DNA of 64,000 nucleotides from a virus, in the IMG/VR virus record IMGVR_UViG_3300048839_001249, positions 1 to 64,000 of that record; one strand, 5' to 3'. This document shows, one piece after another, positions 15,627 to 27,161 of this stretch. The notes under the pieces were generated by a model. It ran no database searches, was not told the DNA's origin, and was given only the letters and a program-made list of their open reading frames with translations. Both the position numbers and the translations under genes were made by a program. The stretch's first letter is position 1; each line of letters starts with the position of its first letter.

Positions 15627-17999
15627 ATGATTGGAAGAGACAGGAGATTATCCTCTGCGGCAAAAAATGCCAATGAAAAACAATGGTATAAAGATACTAT
15701 TGACTTTCTTGATCATAGAACAACTTATAATACAAGTATATTCTATGATAGTACTGATTATATGAGACAGAAAACTAATTATGATCTCTTTAATGGTATC
15801 ATTAACAGGAAAGATTTTGAATATGTGATAAATCCATTAGGGAATGAAGTAGGAGAGCTTCCTGCAGACTTCACAAATAAAGACATTGTATCTAACAAGA
15901 TCAAAGTACTGCTAGGTATGGAAATGGAAAGACCTTTTCCATGGCGTGTATTTGCAGTAAATGAAGATGCTACAACAAGAAAAGAACAAGAGGCATTTAA
16001 AAGATATAGAGAATATGTTGTGCAACAAATTATGCTTCCAATACAACAGGAAGTTCAAATGAAATATGCACAACAATTACAAGGACAACAATTAAGTCCA
16101 CAACAACAGCAACAAATTCAGCAACAGATGGCTGAAGAAATAAATGCTCAAACTCCTGAAGAGGTTATGATTTACATGAAACGTAAACATCAAGACCCTG
16201 CAGAAGTAATGGCATCTCAGATTCTCAAGTATATTATACAGGAACAACAATGCAAAAGAAAGTTTAATAAGGGATGGAAACATGCAATGCTCTCAGCTTA
16301 TGAAGTTTATTGGGTTGGAATGAGTGACTATAAACCATTATTTGAAGTTATCAATCCAATGTATTTTAACTTTGATAAATCAAAGGATACTGATTTTATT
16401 GAAGATGGTGAATGGGCTGGTGTAGAAATGTGGTTATCACCTACACAAATAATTGAGTTATTTGGTGATGAGCTAACAGAAAAAGAAATTGATGAGTTAT
16501 ATGAAGATTATAATTCAGGTACATCAGAAGATATAGAGTTTTCATTTAACTCATCAAGTGATGATTCAAAAATAAGAGTACTTCATAGGGAGTGGAAAGC
16601 TCTTGAAAAAATTGGATTTCTCAATTACATAGATGAGGTAGGAGAAATTCAAACAACCATTGTTGATGAAACATTTAAGATGGATAAGCAAGCAGGTCAT
16701 ATATCAGTAGATTGGCAATGGATACCAAGAGTATATGAGGGATATAAAATAAACAGAGATATTTATGCAAGACTAAGACCTGTTCCCGGACAAGTTATAA
16801 ATATTGAAGACCCATACAACTGCAAATTACATTATATGGGTGCTGTGTATGATGATATGAATTCACAGCCAACATCACCAATGGATAGAATGAAAATCTA
16901 TCAATACTATTTTAATGTTATTCTGTATAGAATGGAACTATTAATGGCATCAGATAAGGGTAAACTTCTTCTGATGAACATGAACATGATACCTCAATCA
17001 CAAAAGATTGATATGCAAAAATGGCTTTACTATGCAGAAGCATTAAAGATTGGATTTTTAAATCCTAACGAAGAAGGTAATCGTGAAGGGGATATTGCCA
17101 CTTCTGCAAAGGAAATTGATATGTCATTGGCAAGTGATATTGAAAAATATATACGACTTGCTGAGTACATGGATATTAGATGTGGTGCTTCTATTGGTGT
17201 AACAAAAGAAATGGAAGGTAGAATTGGACAATATCAAACTGCACAAACAACAGATAAAGCATTAACAAACAGTGGATATGTAATAGAACCTTACTTTGAA
17301 CTACATAATTCTATAAAAAGAAATGTACTTACAGCATTAATAAATATTGGTAAATATTGTTATGCCATAGGTGATAAAAAATACCTTGATTATATAATGG
17401 ATGATTTTTCAAGGGAACTGATTAGACTTGATAAAGAATTGTTGAATATATCACATTTTGGTTTATTTGTAGCAGACTCAATGCAAGCTAATGATGTTAA
17501 GCAAGATGTAAGATTATTTGCTAATGCAGCAATACAAAATCAGATGCTTGAAATGAGTGATGCAATAAAAGTTCTTAGAGCAGAGAGTATTCCAGAAGCA
17601 GAAGAGTTCCTGATGGTTGGAGAAGAAAAGATGCAGAAAAGAAAGATGGACATCGAAGAACGTAAAATATCAGGTCAAAAAGAACTAATGGCAATGGAAG
17701 AAGAAAACAAAAAAGCAGATCATGAAAGAGCAAAAGAGTTAATTATATTAAAAGAAGAAGAAAATCGCAAAACAGAAATACAAAAACAAGTAATTCTTGC
17801 CATGGGATTCAATGAAGATAAGGATATAGATAATGATAACATACCTGATGTACTGGAAGTTGCAACAAAAGGAGTTGAACTGGCATTAAAAGATAGAAAA
17901 CAATCATTGGATGAACGTAAGTTTGAACACCAAAAAGAAGTAGATAAAGAAAAAATCAAAATTGAAAATAAAAAAGCATCAAAATCTACCAGTAAATAA
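15627..17999 (+). CDS. portal protein
   Basis: 790 aa after TerL; NYDLFNG start, coiled C-terminus with DIDNDNIPD, as in crAss-like portals. Confidence 0.88.
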   Translation: MIGRDRRLSSAAKNANEKQWYKDTIDFLDHRTTYNTSIFYDSTDYMRQKTNYDLFNGIINRKDFEYVINPLGNEVGELPADFTNKDIVSNKIKVLLGMEMERPFPWRVFAVNEDATTRKEQEAFKRYREYVVQQIMLPIQQEVQMKYAQQLQGQQLSPQQQQQIQQQMAEEINAQTPEEVMIYMKRKHQDPAEVMASQILKYIIQEQQCKRKFNKGWKHAMLSAYEVYWVGMSDYKPLFEVINPMYFNFDKSKDTDFIEDGEWAGVEMWLSPTQIIELFGDELTEKEIDELYEDYNSGTSEDIEFSFNSSSDDSKIRVLHREWKALEKIGFLNYIDEVGEIQTTIVDETFKMDKQAGHISVDWQWIPRVYEGYKINRDIYARLRPVPGQVINIEDPYNCKLHYMGAVYDDMNSQPTSPMDRMKIYQYYFNVILYRMELLMASDKGKLLLMNMNMIPQSQKIDMQKWLYYAEALKIGFLNPNEEGNREGDIATSAKEIDMSLASDIEKYIRLAEYMDIRCGASIGVTKEMEGRIGQYQTAQTTDKALTNSGYVIEPYFELHNSIKRNVLTALINIGKYCYAIGDKKYLDYIMDDFSRELIRLDKELLNISHFGLFVADSMQANDVKQDVRLFANAAIQNQMLEMSDAIKVLRAESIPEAEEFLMVGEEKMQKRKMDIEERKISGQKELMAMEEENKKADHERAKELIILKEEENRKTEIQKQVILAMGFNEDKDIDNDNIPDVLEVATKGVELALKDRKQSLDERKFEHQKEVDKEKIKIENKKASKSTSK

Positions 18000-18064
18000 T
18001 TAACGCTATTAGGAGACATTCATAATCAAACTGAATAATTATTAATATTTAAACTTAACTTTGT

Positions 18065-19279
18065 ATGGAAATGACAGAAAAAGAAGACATGGAACTCGAC
18101 AATTTTACATGGGATGGTGAAGGAGTTAAACTTTTTGAAGAAGAAACTGAGGAAAGCCCATTGTCGCAAGAAGAAATTGAACAACTTAAATTAGAAAAAG
18201 ATGAGAAAAGTACCAAGAAATCTAAAAGCTCCAAAAAAGAATCCAAAGAAAAAGGAAGAGGAGACGACAATAAAGATGGAAGTGATACCGGAAGTGGAGA
18301 CGGAGATAGTGGAGACGGAGACAAAAGTGAAGGGGGAGATGGAGACGAAGGAGAATTAGAACCATTCTCTGAAACAGAAACAGAAGAAACAGAAGAACCA
18401 TCAACAAAAAACAAAGAGTTCTTTAAAGTACTGGCAAGTGAATTAAAAGAAGCAGGAGTATTTGCTAATGTTGAAATTGATGAAACACAAGAAATTGATC
18501 AAGAAAAATTCATCGAACTTCAAGATGCAGAAGTAGAAGCAAGGGTTGATGAAACATTTGAAGCTTTTTTTAGTGAACTTGATGATGATGCTAAAAGATT
18601 CTTAAAATTTAAAAAAGAAGGTGGTGATACAAAGCAGTTCTTTGAGTTAATGAAAAGGGGTACTGAAAGGCCAGAAGGTAATATTGAAGATAAAAAATAT
18701 CAAGAAAATATTGTCAGACATTACCTTTCAGCATACGAAAATATGTCAGCAGATGATATTGATGATAGGATTGAGTGGTTACAAAGTACTGCAAAACTAA
18801 AAAAGTTTGCACAAAGCTACGAACAGAAAATTAATACTGAGGAAGAACAACTCAAAGAAGCAATTGTAAAACAAGAAGAAGAAAGAAAAAATCTTCGTGA
18901 ACAAGACAAAGTTGCTTTCATAAAGAAACTTACAGAATCACTTAATACTGTTGAAGAAGTAAATAACATAGTTATCAACAAAAAAGATAAATCAGAGCTT
19001 CTAGGATACATAACAAAACCTGCTGTAAAAATTGGTCAAAACAGATATATAACTCAGTTTCAAGCTGACATGAAAAATTTGACTGATAAACATGATACCC
19101 TTATTTTGTTAGCAAAACTTGTAAAAAATAACTTTGACTTAAAAGACTTGGAAAGAACAATTGAAACAAAGAAAACAATTAACATTAAAAGGAAACTTGA
19201 ATCAACACAAAAAGGATCAAAAACGATAAGTTCTGGAAGTTCTAATAAAAAATCATTATCTGATTATTTTAACGATTAA
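18065..19279 (+). CDS. acidic scaffold-like protein (start may be 18071)
   Basis: Very acidic, low-complexity N-terminus; lies between portal and capsid; TAACTTTG -7 element at 18056-18063. Confidence 0.7.
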   Translation: MEMTEKEDMELDNFTWDGEGVKLFEEETEESPLSQEEIEQLKLEKDEKSTKKSKSSKKESKEKGRGDDNKDGSDTGSGDGDSGDGDKSEGGDGDEGELEPFSETETEETEEPSTKNKEFFKVLASELKEAGVFANVEIDETQEIDQEKFIELQDAEVEARVDETFEAFFSELDDDAKRFLKFKKEGGDTKQFFELMKRGTERPEGNIEDKKYQENIVRHYLSAYENMSADDIDDRIEWLQSTAKLKKFAQSYEQKINTEEEQLKEAIVKQEEERKNLREQDKVAFIKKLTESLNTVEEVNNIVINKKDKSELLGYITKPAVKIGQNRYITQFQADMKNLTDKHDTLILLAKLVKNNFDLKDLERTIETKKTINIKRKLESTQKGSKTISSGSSNKKSLSDYFND

Positions 19280-19305
19280 AAATTAATAGTAAAAACTCTT
19301 AAATT

Positions 19306-20772
19306 ATGGCACAATTACAAAGCAGTCTTATTACCAAACAGATGCCTTGGCATGCCAATATGACAGAGTTGAATCATCTTGGAGCAGCACTGATAGCAAA
19401 ACCTCATGTGTTTGAAGGAAAGATGAACCAACTCTTCACGGCACATAGGTATTCTGATAACCCACTTAGCATGAATCTAATGGGTGTTGGTAGAGAAGAA
19501 ACCATTACCTCAACTGAATGGGAATGGGAACTTAAAGGTGCTGTAACAAGACCACTTGTAGTAACAGAGAACATTGGCAGTTATTCTGACAGTGCTGTAG
19601 CAACACAAGCAGGGCGTTACAAAAACCTTATTAAACTTAAAGTTGATGAGAAGCATTGGGAACCTGGAGATATTGTTTCTCCCGGAACATCAAACAAAAA
19701 GTATCAATGTCGTATTCAGGAAGAAGGTAAGAAAAGTGGAACTGGTTTCCTCTATCTTGCAAGGCTAATGAATGATGATGATGCTGCTTATGTACCTGCA
19801 AAATATTTTGCTCCCGGACAACAGTGGGCAAAATTGTTCTCACAGTATGAAGAAGCTGCTGAACAATCAGGTAGCACTCAATACTCGATGCCAATTGCAT
19901 TGAGAAATCACATGTCAAGGTATCGTAAAAAATACAAAGTAACAGGTGATGCTGCTGATGAAGTATTAGCAGTAAAAATTCCTGACAGCAAAGGAAATTA
20001 CCATGATTCATGGATTAAGTATGCCGAAGTAGAGTATTGGGAACAATGGTACAGGGAAATTGAAAGAGGTTTCTGGTATTCACGTTCAACAGATACAGTA
20101 CTTGGTGCAAATGGAAGACCTGTCAGGACTGGCCCCGGTTTACAGGAACAGCTTGAGGATTCTCACATTCACTATTACTCATTCTTAACAGCAAAACTGG
20201 TTGAAGAATATTTGATGGACATTTTCTATTCAAGGGTAAAACCCGGAAGTGGTAGGAAAATCAAAGGTTTCACTGGTGAATATGGAATGATCCTTTTCCA
20301 CAGGGCAATTCAAAATTGGGCTGAAAGAACTGGTTTCATTACTGTTGTTCAAGACCTTACAATGAGGAAAACAACTTCACCTTTCCATCAAAATGCATTG
20401 GAAGCTGGTTATCAGTTTACAAAATACCAGATGGCAAATGGAGCAGAACTTGAACTCATTCATAATCCTCTCTACGATGATCGTGAAATCAACTTTGAAA
20501 TTGATCCTGTAAGTGGTTATCCAATGGAATCAATGAGGATTACTTTCCTTGATTTTTCAGGACAAGGAGCAAGTTCAAATATCAGGGTTATTAACAAGAA
20601 AAATGGCTACAAACTTGGCTATGTAGCTGGTCTTGTGAACCCTTATGGGCCAAATAACGGAAAACTTATGTCACATTCAGGTAACTATTATGAAATGCAT
20701 GTTGAAAAACAATGTGGTATTCATGTTGAAGATATTACCAAATGTGGTGAATTAATCTTATCACGTAACTAA
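19306..20772 (+). CDS. major capsid protein
   Basis: 488 aa; EWEWELKG, GPGLQEQLE, TGEYG and HNPLYDD motifs; crAss synteny; followed by a strong hairpin. Confidence 0.88.
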   Translation: MAQLQSSLITKQMPWHANMTELNHLGAALIAKPHVFEGKMNQLFTAHRYSDNPLSMNLMGVGREETITSTEWEWELKGAVTRPLVVTENIGSYSDSAVATQAGRYKNLIKLKVDEKHWEPGDIVSPGTSNKKYQCRIQEEGKKSGTGFLYLARLMNDDDAAYVPAKYFAPGQQWAKLFSQYEEAAEQSGSTQYSMPIALRNHMSRYRKKYKVTGDAADEVLAVKIPDSKGNYHDSWIKYAEVEYWEQWYREIERGFWYSRSTDTVLGANGRPVRTGPGLQEQLEDSHIHYYSFLTAKLVEEYLMDIFYSRVKPGSGRKIKGFTGEYGMILFHRAIQNWAERTGFITVVQDLTMRKTTSPFHQNALEAGYQFTKYQMANGAELELIHNPLYDDREINFEIDPVSGYPMESMRITFLDFSGQGASSNIRVINKKNGYKLGYVAGLVNPYGPNNGKLMSHSGNYYEMHVEKQCGIHVEDITKCGELILSRN

Positions 20773-20783
20773 TAATCAATTAT

Positions 20784-20816
20784 ATTTGCAGTAGGGAAAA
20801 CATCCCTACTGCAAAT
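20784..20816 (+). terminator. 14-bp hairpin after the capsid gene
   Basis: ATTTGCAGTAGGGA/TCCCTACTGCAAAT; overlaps a TATATTTG -7 element at 20781-20788. Confidence 0.7.
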
Positions 20817-20842
20817 TAATTAAACATTAAAAACAGACAAAT

Positions 20843-21634
20843 ATGCTAGTAGAAGTTAGACCATTACCATTGAAGAAATGGCATGAGAAATCAGGAAAGG
20901 AAGATTTCACAAGACCTAAAGTAATTGAAGCACTGTATGATGAACAAACACAAAAATATTCTACAGGACTTACAGAAGAAGATAAAGTAAGATTAGGAAA
21001 ATTAACAGGATTTGATTTATCTGATAATTTTAATCATGAACAACCGCATCCATTTTGGAATACAGCAGCAGCAATGATAAAATTGCCAAATTCAACAACG
21101 ATCTTTGACACATCCAAACCACTTGATGAAATTAAGGTTAAAATATTAAAAGCAAGTAAGTTTGTTGCAAATTCAATGAAGGAATGGGAAGAAGGTTTAT
21201 GGCCTGATGCTCATCATGTTATTTTTGATGAACAAGAAGAAGTTGAAATTAAAGCTAAAAAAGTTGAACTGAAAAATAAAGCTACTTCATTATCATTAAA
21301 AATGTCAAAAGATGAAAAGATTAACATCATTCAAATTTTGTCAGACAAATCAGCAAGAGGTATGAGTGATGATTTTGTTAATGTAGAAATTGATAAGATT
21401 GTTACTGAAAAACCAGTTGAATTCGTAAAATATGCAGAAATGGATAATGCTATGGTTTATATCAGAGCTGCAGTATTAGAAGCAATTCATAGAAACATCC
21501 TTACAAAAGATGGTTCAGCAATATACTATATGGGAGATCAGGTAGGTTTTGACATTGAAAGTACTATTGAATATTTTTCAGATGTAAAAAATCAGAAATT
21601 AAAAGCTATCATTTTAGAAAAGTTAAACAGTTAA
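20843..21634 (+). CDS. conserved crAss-like protein downstream of the capsid gene
   Basis: 263 aa; synteny. Confidence 0.7.
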   Translation: MLVEVRPLPLKKWHEKSGKEDFTRPKVIEALYDEQTQKYSTGLTEEDKVRLGKLTGFDLSDNFNHEQPHPFWNTAAAMIKLPNSTTIFDTSKPLDEIKVKILKASKFVANSMKEWEEGLWPDAHHVIFDEQEEVEIKAKKVELKNKATSLSLKMSKDEKINIIQILSDKSARGMSDDFVNVEIDKIVTEKPVEFVKYAEMDNAMVYIRAAVLEAIHRNILTKDGSAIYYMGDQVGFDIESTIEYFSDVKNQKLKAIILEKLNS

Positions 21635-21635
21635 G

Positions 21636-22367
21636 ATGAAAATCGCTGACATGCATTATGACTTTAAGCGAAAGCTTAATAAGCTTGATTCACAAGAATA
21701 CAGAAATCTTAAAATTCCTGAGATTGATTGGATTCTCAATGAAGCTCTTCAGTTATTTGCATTACTTATAGCAGTACCTAGGTTAAGAAATCACTTAGGG
21801 TTTGAAACCTTTCAAAGAACAATTGATGATATTTATCCACTAGTAGTTGATGATCATTATTGTACAGTAGCATCACAAGGAACTGGATATACTATATACT
21901 CACTACCAACAGATTATCTTGCATATCAATCAGTTAATGCTATTGCATACATTGATCAGGATCAACTCAAAACATGTGGTGGAAGAAAGATGGATGTAAC
22001 AGTTATCAAACATAATAATAGAAGTGAAAATCGTTCTTTTTATAATTCATCATTTCAATGGGGGCAACTTAATGTGAGATTTCTTAATACAGGAATAAAA
22101 GCTTATCATGCTGATTTTCTGATTTCAACTTTCAGACTTGACTATATAAAAAGACATGTCTATATACACAATGCTAAGGACTTTCTTGCAGGTGGATATA
22201 CTCTTCCCGGAGGAACAGTTCTTACTGGCTCTGTAGATTGTGAACTTCCAGAACATACTCATACAGAGATTGTAGATATAGCTGTGCTCTTGGCTGCAGG
22301 TGAATTAGAATTACCAACAGCTTATCAATTAAAACAAAACAAACTTAATCTTAAACAATTAAATTAA
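21636..22367 (+). CDS. head-tail ring/adaptor protein
   Basis: EIDWILNEA...CELPEHTHTEIVDIAV pattern of crAss ring proteins. Confidence 0.75.
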   Translation: MKIADMHYDFKRKLNKLDSQEYRNLKIPEIDWILNEALQLFALLIAVPRLRNHLGFETFQRTIDDIYPLVVDDHYCTVASQGTGYTIYSLPTDYLAYQSVNAIAYIDQDQLKTCGGRKMDVTVIKHNNRSENRSFYNSSFQWGQLNVRFLNTGIKAYHADFLISTFRLDYIKRHVYIHNAKDFLAGGYTLPGGTVLTGSVDCELPEHTHTEIVDIAVLLAAGELELPTAYQLKQNKLNLKQLN

Positions 22368-22373
22368 AATATC

Positions 22374-23525
22374 ATGAGTACACTTAATGACGTTTACACA
22401 CTATTGGTACTTCCTAATTCAGCAGCAGTAACTTCTGGTCATATCTCAGCCATGGCTGATGGTGCATGGGGAGTATTTGATGCATCAAATGATACTGCTG
22501 TGAACTTGGGTGCTGGCAGTGGTGCTGGAGCAGCTAATGTACCTGATGCTTTTTATGTTGCATTTAAAGGTTTGACTGGAACTCTTGGAACAACTGGTGT
22601 TATTTACAGGAGTGCAGGTCAATATATTCAATTGAGAAACATCAGGTCTTACAATGAATCTGCAGCAGCAACAGCAGTTAATCAGCAAATTCTAATTACA
22701 CCTAATTATGATCAGGTGTTGTCTGGCAGTGAATATGGAATTGGAATTGAATTCCGTGGAAACACAGAGATTTATGGCAGGTTTGGTTACAATCAAGCCA
22801 AAAAAACCTTTGTATCTGATACACATTGTGCATTAGCAAGTGAAGATGCTGCTTATGCAAACAAAGTACTGTATGACTTGTTCATGGGTATTGTGAATGA
22901 TGAAGATCAGTTCATGGATTTGTCAATTGCTTACACAGGTTCAGGTGGTGCATCTACTATTACCTATACTACTGGTGTTTCTGGAGCAGGTTCAGGTACA
23001 ATTGGTGGAACAGGAACACTTGCTGAACTTATCACACTTGATAGCACAGCAGCAGCCACTATCACAATTACAGTGAAGCCTTTGTCTTCAATGTACAGTT
23101 TTGTGAACATTAATCCTAAGTTCTTCAAACTTCGTCAAATTCAAGGTTATGCTTCCATGTCAGGTTCAAACTGCTCATGGTGCACAATTAACAATGCTTC
23201 AGTTGCAATGGTTTATGGTACAAACTATGGCTATGAACTGAAAGAAATTGAATATGAAGCTGGTGGATGGAATGGAAGACCTGGCCCCTACAGGCAGTCA
23301 GCATTGCATGGATTACCATATCCTGACTTTTTGTATCTTGTACCAAGTGATACTGCACAGTACACAATTCATACATTGCAGTATGAAAATGAATCTGTTG
23401 CAGGTTGGTTGAGACATAAAAACTCAGTTACTACTTATTTCATCTCAATAGATTCTATTGGTGTAGCTGACCTGAATGATGTGATGGATAATATTGTCGC
23501 AGCAGCGGGAGTACTGACCCCGTAA
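22374..23525 (+). CDS. structural protein (auxiliary capsid-like)
   Basis: 383 aa, Ala/Gly/Thr-rich, followed by a terminator. Confidence 0.65.
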   Translation: MSTLNDVYTLLVLPNSAAVTSGHISAMADGAWGVFDASNDTAVNLGAGSGAGAANVPDAFYVAFKGLTGTLGTTGVIYRSAGQYIQLRNIRSYNESAAATAVNQQILITPNYDQVLSGSEYGIGIEFRGNTEIYGRFGYNQAKKTFVSDTHCALASEDAAYANKVLYDLFMGIVNDEDQFMDLSIAYTGSGGASTITYTTGVSGAGSGTIGGTGTLAELITLDSTAAATITITVKPLSSMYSFVNINPKFFKLRQIQGYASMSGSNCSWCTINNASVAMVYGTNYGYELKEIEYEAGGWNGRPGPYRQSALHGLPYPDFLYLVPSDTAQYTIHTLQYENESVAGWLRHKNSVTTYFISIDSIGVADLNDVMDNIVAAAGVLTP

Positions 23526-23550
23526 TTTTTCCTTTCTTTTTTGTCTGTCT

Positions 23551-23577
23551 GAGTGGGAGGAAACTCCCACTCTTTTT
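23551..23577 (+). terminator. intrinsic terminator
   Basis: GAGTGGGAG-GAAA-CTCCCACTC-TTTTT. Confidence 0.85.
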
Positions 23578-23591
23578 AAAATTTTACTACT

Positions 23592-24641
23592 ATGAGGATA
23601 AATACGCCAGGATATAAATTTTATAGAACACTAGATGGTTATTATATTGAGTGTATTGGAAGTGGTACAGTAACCTATTATGTGTATCAGATTGAAAACA
23701 ATTATAAAACACTTGTACTTCAAAATGAATACTTACAAGAAGGTGATCCTGAATTGTTAGAATTTCCAGAAGAAGGTTCTTATATTATATCAATAAGATA
23801 TAGTAGTGAATCAACAAGTTTTCAACCCGGAACATATTATAATTATTATGTAAGATATTATCCAACACTTAGAGCAAGATTAATACCAACCATAAGAAAT
23901 TTAATTTGTCAATGTTCACAAACATCACAAGATTTGTGTACAAATGGACAATACAATAAATCACAACAAATAAGAAATGATATTTATCTGGCAATTAATT
24001 CTCTGGTTGCTTATAAAGACATTTTGCAATCACCATGTTTTGTAAAATATACAGAACATGCATTTAGATTGCTGATAGGTGAAGGTATAGACAGATATGT
24101 TCAGAAGCTTGAATATTATATGGACTATGTGGATACATATGGTTATTCACCTGATACTGAACAACTTCTTCGTGAAACAATGTCATATTTCTATATAATG
24201 GCATATTTCACAGAAAAATCAGAAATTGATTTTGATTATGTAGAAGCACCTGCAACAGCAGGAAGTTCTGATTATAATGATGGAGAACAAGATGCACTTG
24301 ATGAATTATTTGCATTTTCAGAACTTGAAAATTGTTATGCCATATTAGGTATAAATGTAAACATGTGGATTGCAAAATTTGAATCAATATTTACAAGTCA
24401 AATATATACATGTGAGAATGGATTATCTTATTTCTATCAAGATGCAACGTCAAAGTTTGAAGAATTTGTTGAACTTGAAGGTAAGCAAACATTTAATGCA
24501 TTAGCTTTTGAGATTGATAGTAATTCTATTATTTTCATCAATGGTGTTGCAATACCAAGTTCTGATTATATTGTATCTGGTACAACAGTAACATTATCTT
24601 ATGGTCTTAGTGTTGGTGACAGAATAACAATCATAAAGTAA
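23592..24641 (+). CDS. putative tail/fibre-attachment protein
   Basis: 349 aa; C-terminal IFINGV...DYIVSGTTVTL...GDRITI phage beta domain. Confidence 0.65.
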   Translation: MRINTPGYKFYRTLDGYYIECIGSGTVTYYVYQIENNYKTLVLQNEYLQEGDPELLEFPEEGSYIISIRYSSESTSFQPGTYYNYYVRYYPTLRARLIPTIRNLICQCSQTSQDLCTNGQYNKSQQIRNDIYLAINSLVAYKDILQSPCFVKYTEHAFRLLIGEGIDRYVQKLEYYMDYVDTYGYSPDTEQLLRETMSYFYIMAYFTEKSEIDFDYVEAPATAGSSDYNDGEQDALDELFAFSELENCYAILGINVNMWIAKFESIFTSQIYTCENGLSYFYQDATSKFEEFVELEGKQTFNALAFEIDSNSIIFINGVAIPSSDYIVSGTTVTLSYGLSVGDRITIIK

Positions 24642-24958
24642 TGAATGATTTAAAACAAACATACCCATTTGGTGCATATAAAACCATACAAAGTGTTGAC
24701 AATGAAGGAGTATCATCTGTTAAAAAAGCACCTGAAAAAATAAATAAGTATGAAACAATTTATGTTACTCCACCATCATTAAATCCTGGGGATCAAGCAG
24801 TTATAATAGTTCCAGAAGAATCTATTGTACTCAGGCCAGAATCATCAATATTTATTAATGGAATATTAATTTCTTCATCCGAATATACAATATTAAATAA
24901 TGTTGTAACTTTGGAAAACATACCACAAGAGAATTCAAACATTGTAATTGTAAGATAA
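24641..24958 (+). CDS. small structural protein sharing the previous gene's C-terminal domain
   Basis: IFINGILISSSEYTILNNVVTL. Confidence 0.65.
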   Translation: MNDLKQTYPFGAYKTIQSVDNEGVSSVKKAPEKINKYETIYVTPPSLNPGDQAVIIVPEESIVLRPESSIFINGILISSSEYTILNNVVTLENIPQENSNIVIVR

Positions 24959-24959
24959 A

Positions 24960-27152
24960 ATGAAAAAATTATTTACAATATTGTTCCTACTGATCTCTGT
25001 ATCAGTATTTTCTCAAATAAGGACAAATATATTTAGAGTTGCTGATGATTCAACAGATATTTCAACATCAACAGTTGTTCCTGCATCATTAGTATTAAGT
25101 GCTGAAACAAACACACTTTATGTATTACCAACAGGATGTTCAGCAGCTACAGCATTATATGAAATATCAAATAAATATGCAATATCAGCATTAATAGGTC
25201 AGCCAGATAGTACAATGATTGTTGCAGGAAATATTGAACTACCAGATACTAATAAATATATTGTTGTAAATACTGATGGAACTGTAAACTTTGTAGCTGG
25301 TACAGGTGGAGTTGATACTTTATGGTATAAAACTGGTGGATTAATTTATACAAGACCTGATATTACAGATGCTAAAGTTAATGGTAATTTCAATGTAACA
25401 GGATTTTCTGTATTTGATACTACAATTTTTGCAAATATTGTGGTTAAAGAAATAGATGATATGAGTACGATAAGAATGATTGTATATAATTCTGCAGATT
25501 CAGGATTATATTATCTTACTCATGCTGAAATGGATACATTGTTTGGATGGACAGTTGACACAGCAAATAATTTTATGTTTATTACAGATACATCTACACT
25601 CACAGGTATAGGTACAAGAACACCAACTGAACAGTTAGAAGTATTAAATGATATAAAAGCAGATACAGCAATCTTTAATTACTATAAAAATACAACTGGA
25701 ATTTCTACAAATTCTGATAGTTTGTTTATTTATACATACGGAAATAATATAGTAACAGATACAGTTATTATTTTAAATGCTGATACAACATTATGGTCAT
25801 TGGTAGGAACTACAATTACAAATAAAAGCAATCATTTTCTTGAAGCTGATACTACAGTAATATTTTCAGGATTACAAGATGATTCAGGATTAACATCTTC
25901 TGATTATTATCTTGTAGGTATTGATAAAAATGGTGCTGAAAATCTTTACTATATTGATGCAAATAAAGTTACTGATTCTGTTACTGGATATTGGACAAGA
26001 GATAATGACATAGGTGCTTTATATGCTACTACATTAAGTGATTATCTTGGAGTTGGTACAAATTCTCCTGCACATGAATTAGATGTAGATGGTAGTGTTG
26101 GGCTTTCAGGAAATTTATATCTTCCAGCTACAACATCAACAACTGGTATTATTAAATTAGGTGGTGCTAATTTTGCTCATTCAATAGGAACTGGTAATTC
26201 ATTTCTTGGTTATAATGCTGGAAATCTAACAATGTCAGGAGATTATAATACTGGAATTGGAGAAAGATCATTATATGGAAATACTACTGGTGATGAAAAT
26301 ACAACAATTGGATATTATTCTTTATATGCAAATACTACTGGTGGTGGTAATACTGTAATAGGTAGTAATGCTATAAAAAATGCAACTCATACAGCCTCTT
26401 ATAATACAGCAATTGGTAGTAGTGTATTATACAATCATGCTACTGGAAATAACAATGTATTTATTGGTTATAAAGCAGGATATGAAAATGACTTTGGTGC
26501 TAATTCAGTAGCAATAGGTTATGAAGCAGCAGCTTACGATACTAACTCAACAACTTCTGTTTATATTGGTTATCAATCAGGAAGTGGTAATAGTACAAAA
26601 CATAAAAAATCAGGTAATGTATTTATAGGCTATCAATCTGGATTAACAGAAACAGGTGATAACAAACTCATTATAGGAAATTCATCAACATCTAAACTAA
26701 TAGATGGTGACTTTTCTGAAAAAAGTATAGTAATTAATAATACATTAGAATTTGATAGTTCACCTAATGCTGATCAACAATTTAATGGTATCATTTCTAC
26801 TCATACAACAGGAGAAGATGTAAAACAATTTGATCTCTGTTATATGAAATCTGATGGAAAACTTTGGCAAGCAGATGCAAGTGCTACATCTACAGCACCT
26901 TGTTTGTGGATGGCAATAGAAGATGCTAATACTACATCTGGACAATTCATAGAAAGAGGATATGTAAGAAATGATGCATGGACATTAACAGTAGGTGGTA
27001 GTTCAGGAATTGTTTATTTAAGTGCTACAACAGGAGAATTTACACAAACAATACCGTCAGGTGGAGATTTAATACAACCAGTAGGTATTGCAATATCAGC
27101 AGATGTAATGTATTTTAATCCTTCAATAGTATATACAATATCAACACCATAA
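24960..27152 (+). CDS. tail-fibre-like protein with a Sec signal peptide
   Basis: MKKLFTILFLLISVSVFS-Q; GIGT..P linkers; N(T/V)xIG repeats; phage-type C-terminal domain. Confidence 0.75.
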   Translation: MKKLFTILFLLISVSVFSQIRTNIFRVADDSTDISTSTVVPASLVLSAETNTLYVLPTGCSAATALYEISNKYAISALIGQPDSTMIVAGNIELPDTNKYIVVNTDGTVNFVAGTGGVDTLWYKTGGLIYTRPDITDAKVNGNFNVTGFSVFDTTIFANIVVKEIDDMSTIRMIVYNSADSGLYYLTHAEMDTLFGWTVDTANNFMFITDTSTLTGIGTRTPTEQLEVLNDIKADTAIFNYYKNTTGISTNSDSLFIYTYGNNIVTDTVIILNADTTLWSLVGTTITNKSNHFLEADTTVIFSGLQDDSGLTSSDYYLVGIDKNGAENLYYIDANKVTDSVTGYWTRDNDIGALYATTLSDYLGVGTNSPAHELDVDGSVGLSGNLYLPATTSTTGIIKLGGANFAHSIGTGNSFLGYNAGNLTMSGDYNTGIGERSLYGNTTGDENTTIGYYSLYANTTGGGNTVIGSNAIKNATHTASYNTAIGSSVLYNHATGNNNVFIGYKAGYENDFGANSVAIGYEAAAYDTNSTTSVYIGYQSGSGNSTKHKKSGNVFIGYQSGLTETGDNKLIIGNSSTSKLIDGDFSEKSIVINNTLEFDSSPNADQQFNGIISTHTTGEDVKQFDLCYMKSDGKLWQADASATSTAPCLWMAIEDANTTSGQFIERGYVRNDAWTLTVGGSSGIVYLSATTGEFTQTIPSGGDLIQPVGIAISADVMYFNPSIVYTISTP

Positions 27153-27161
27153 TTTAAAAAT

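Noticed and set aside
13501-20772. Introns or inteins in TerL, portal or capsid genes
   Set aside because: The ORFs are uninterrupted and of ordinary size, with no intein or homing-endonuclease motifs seen
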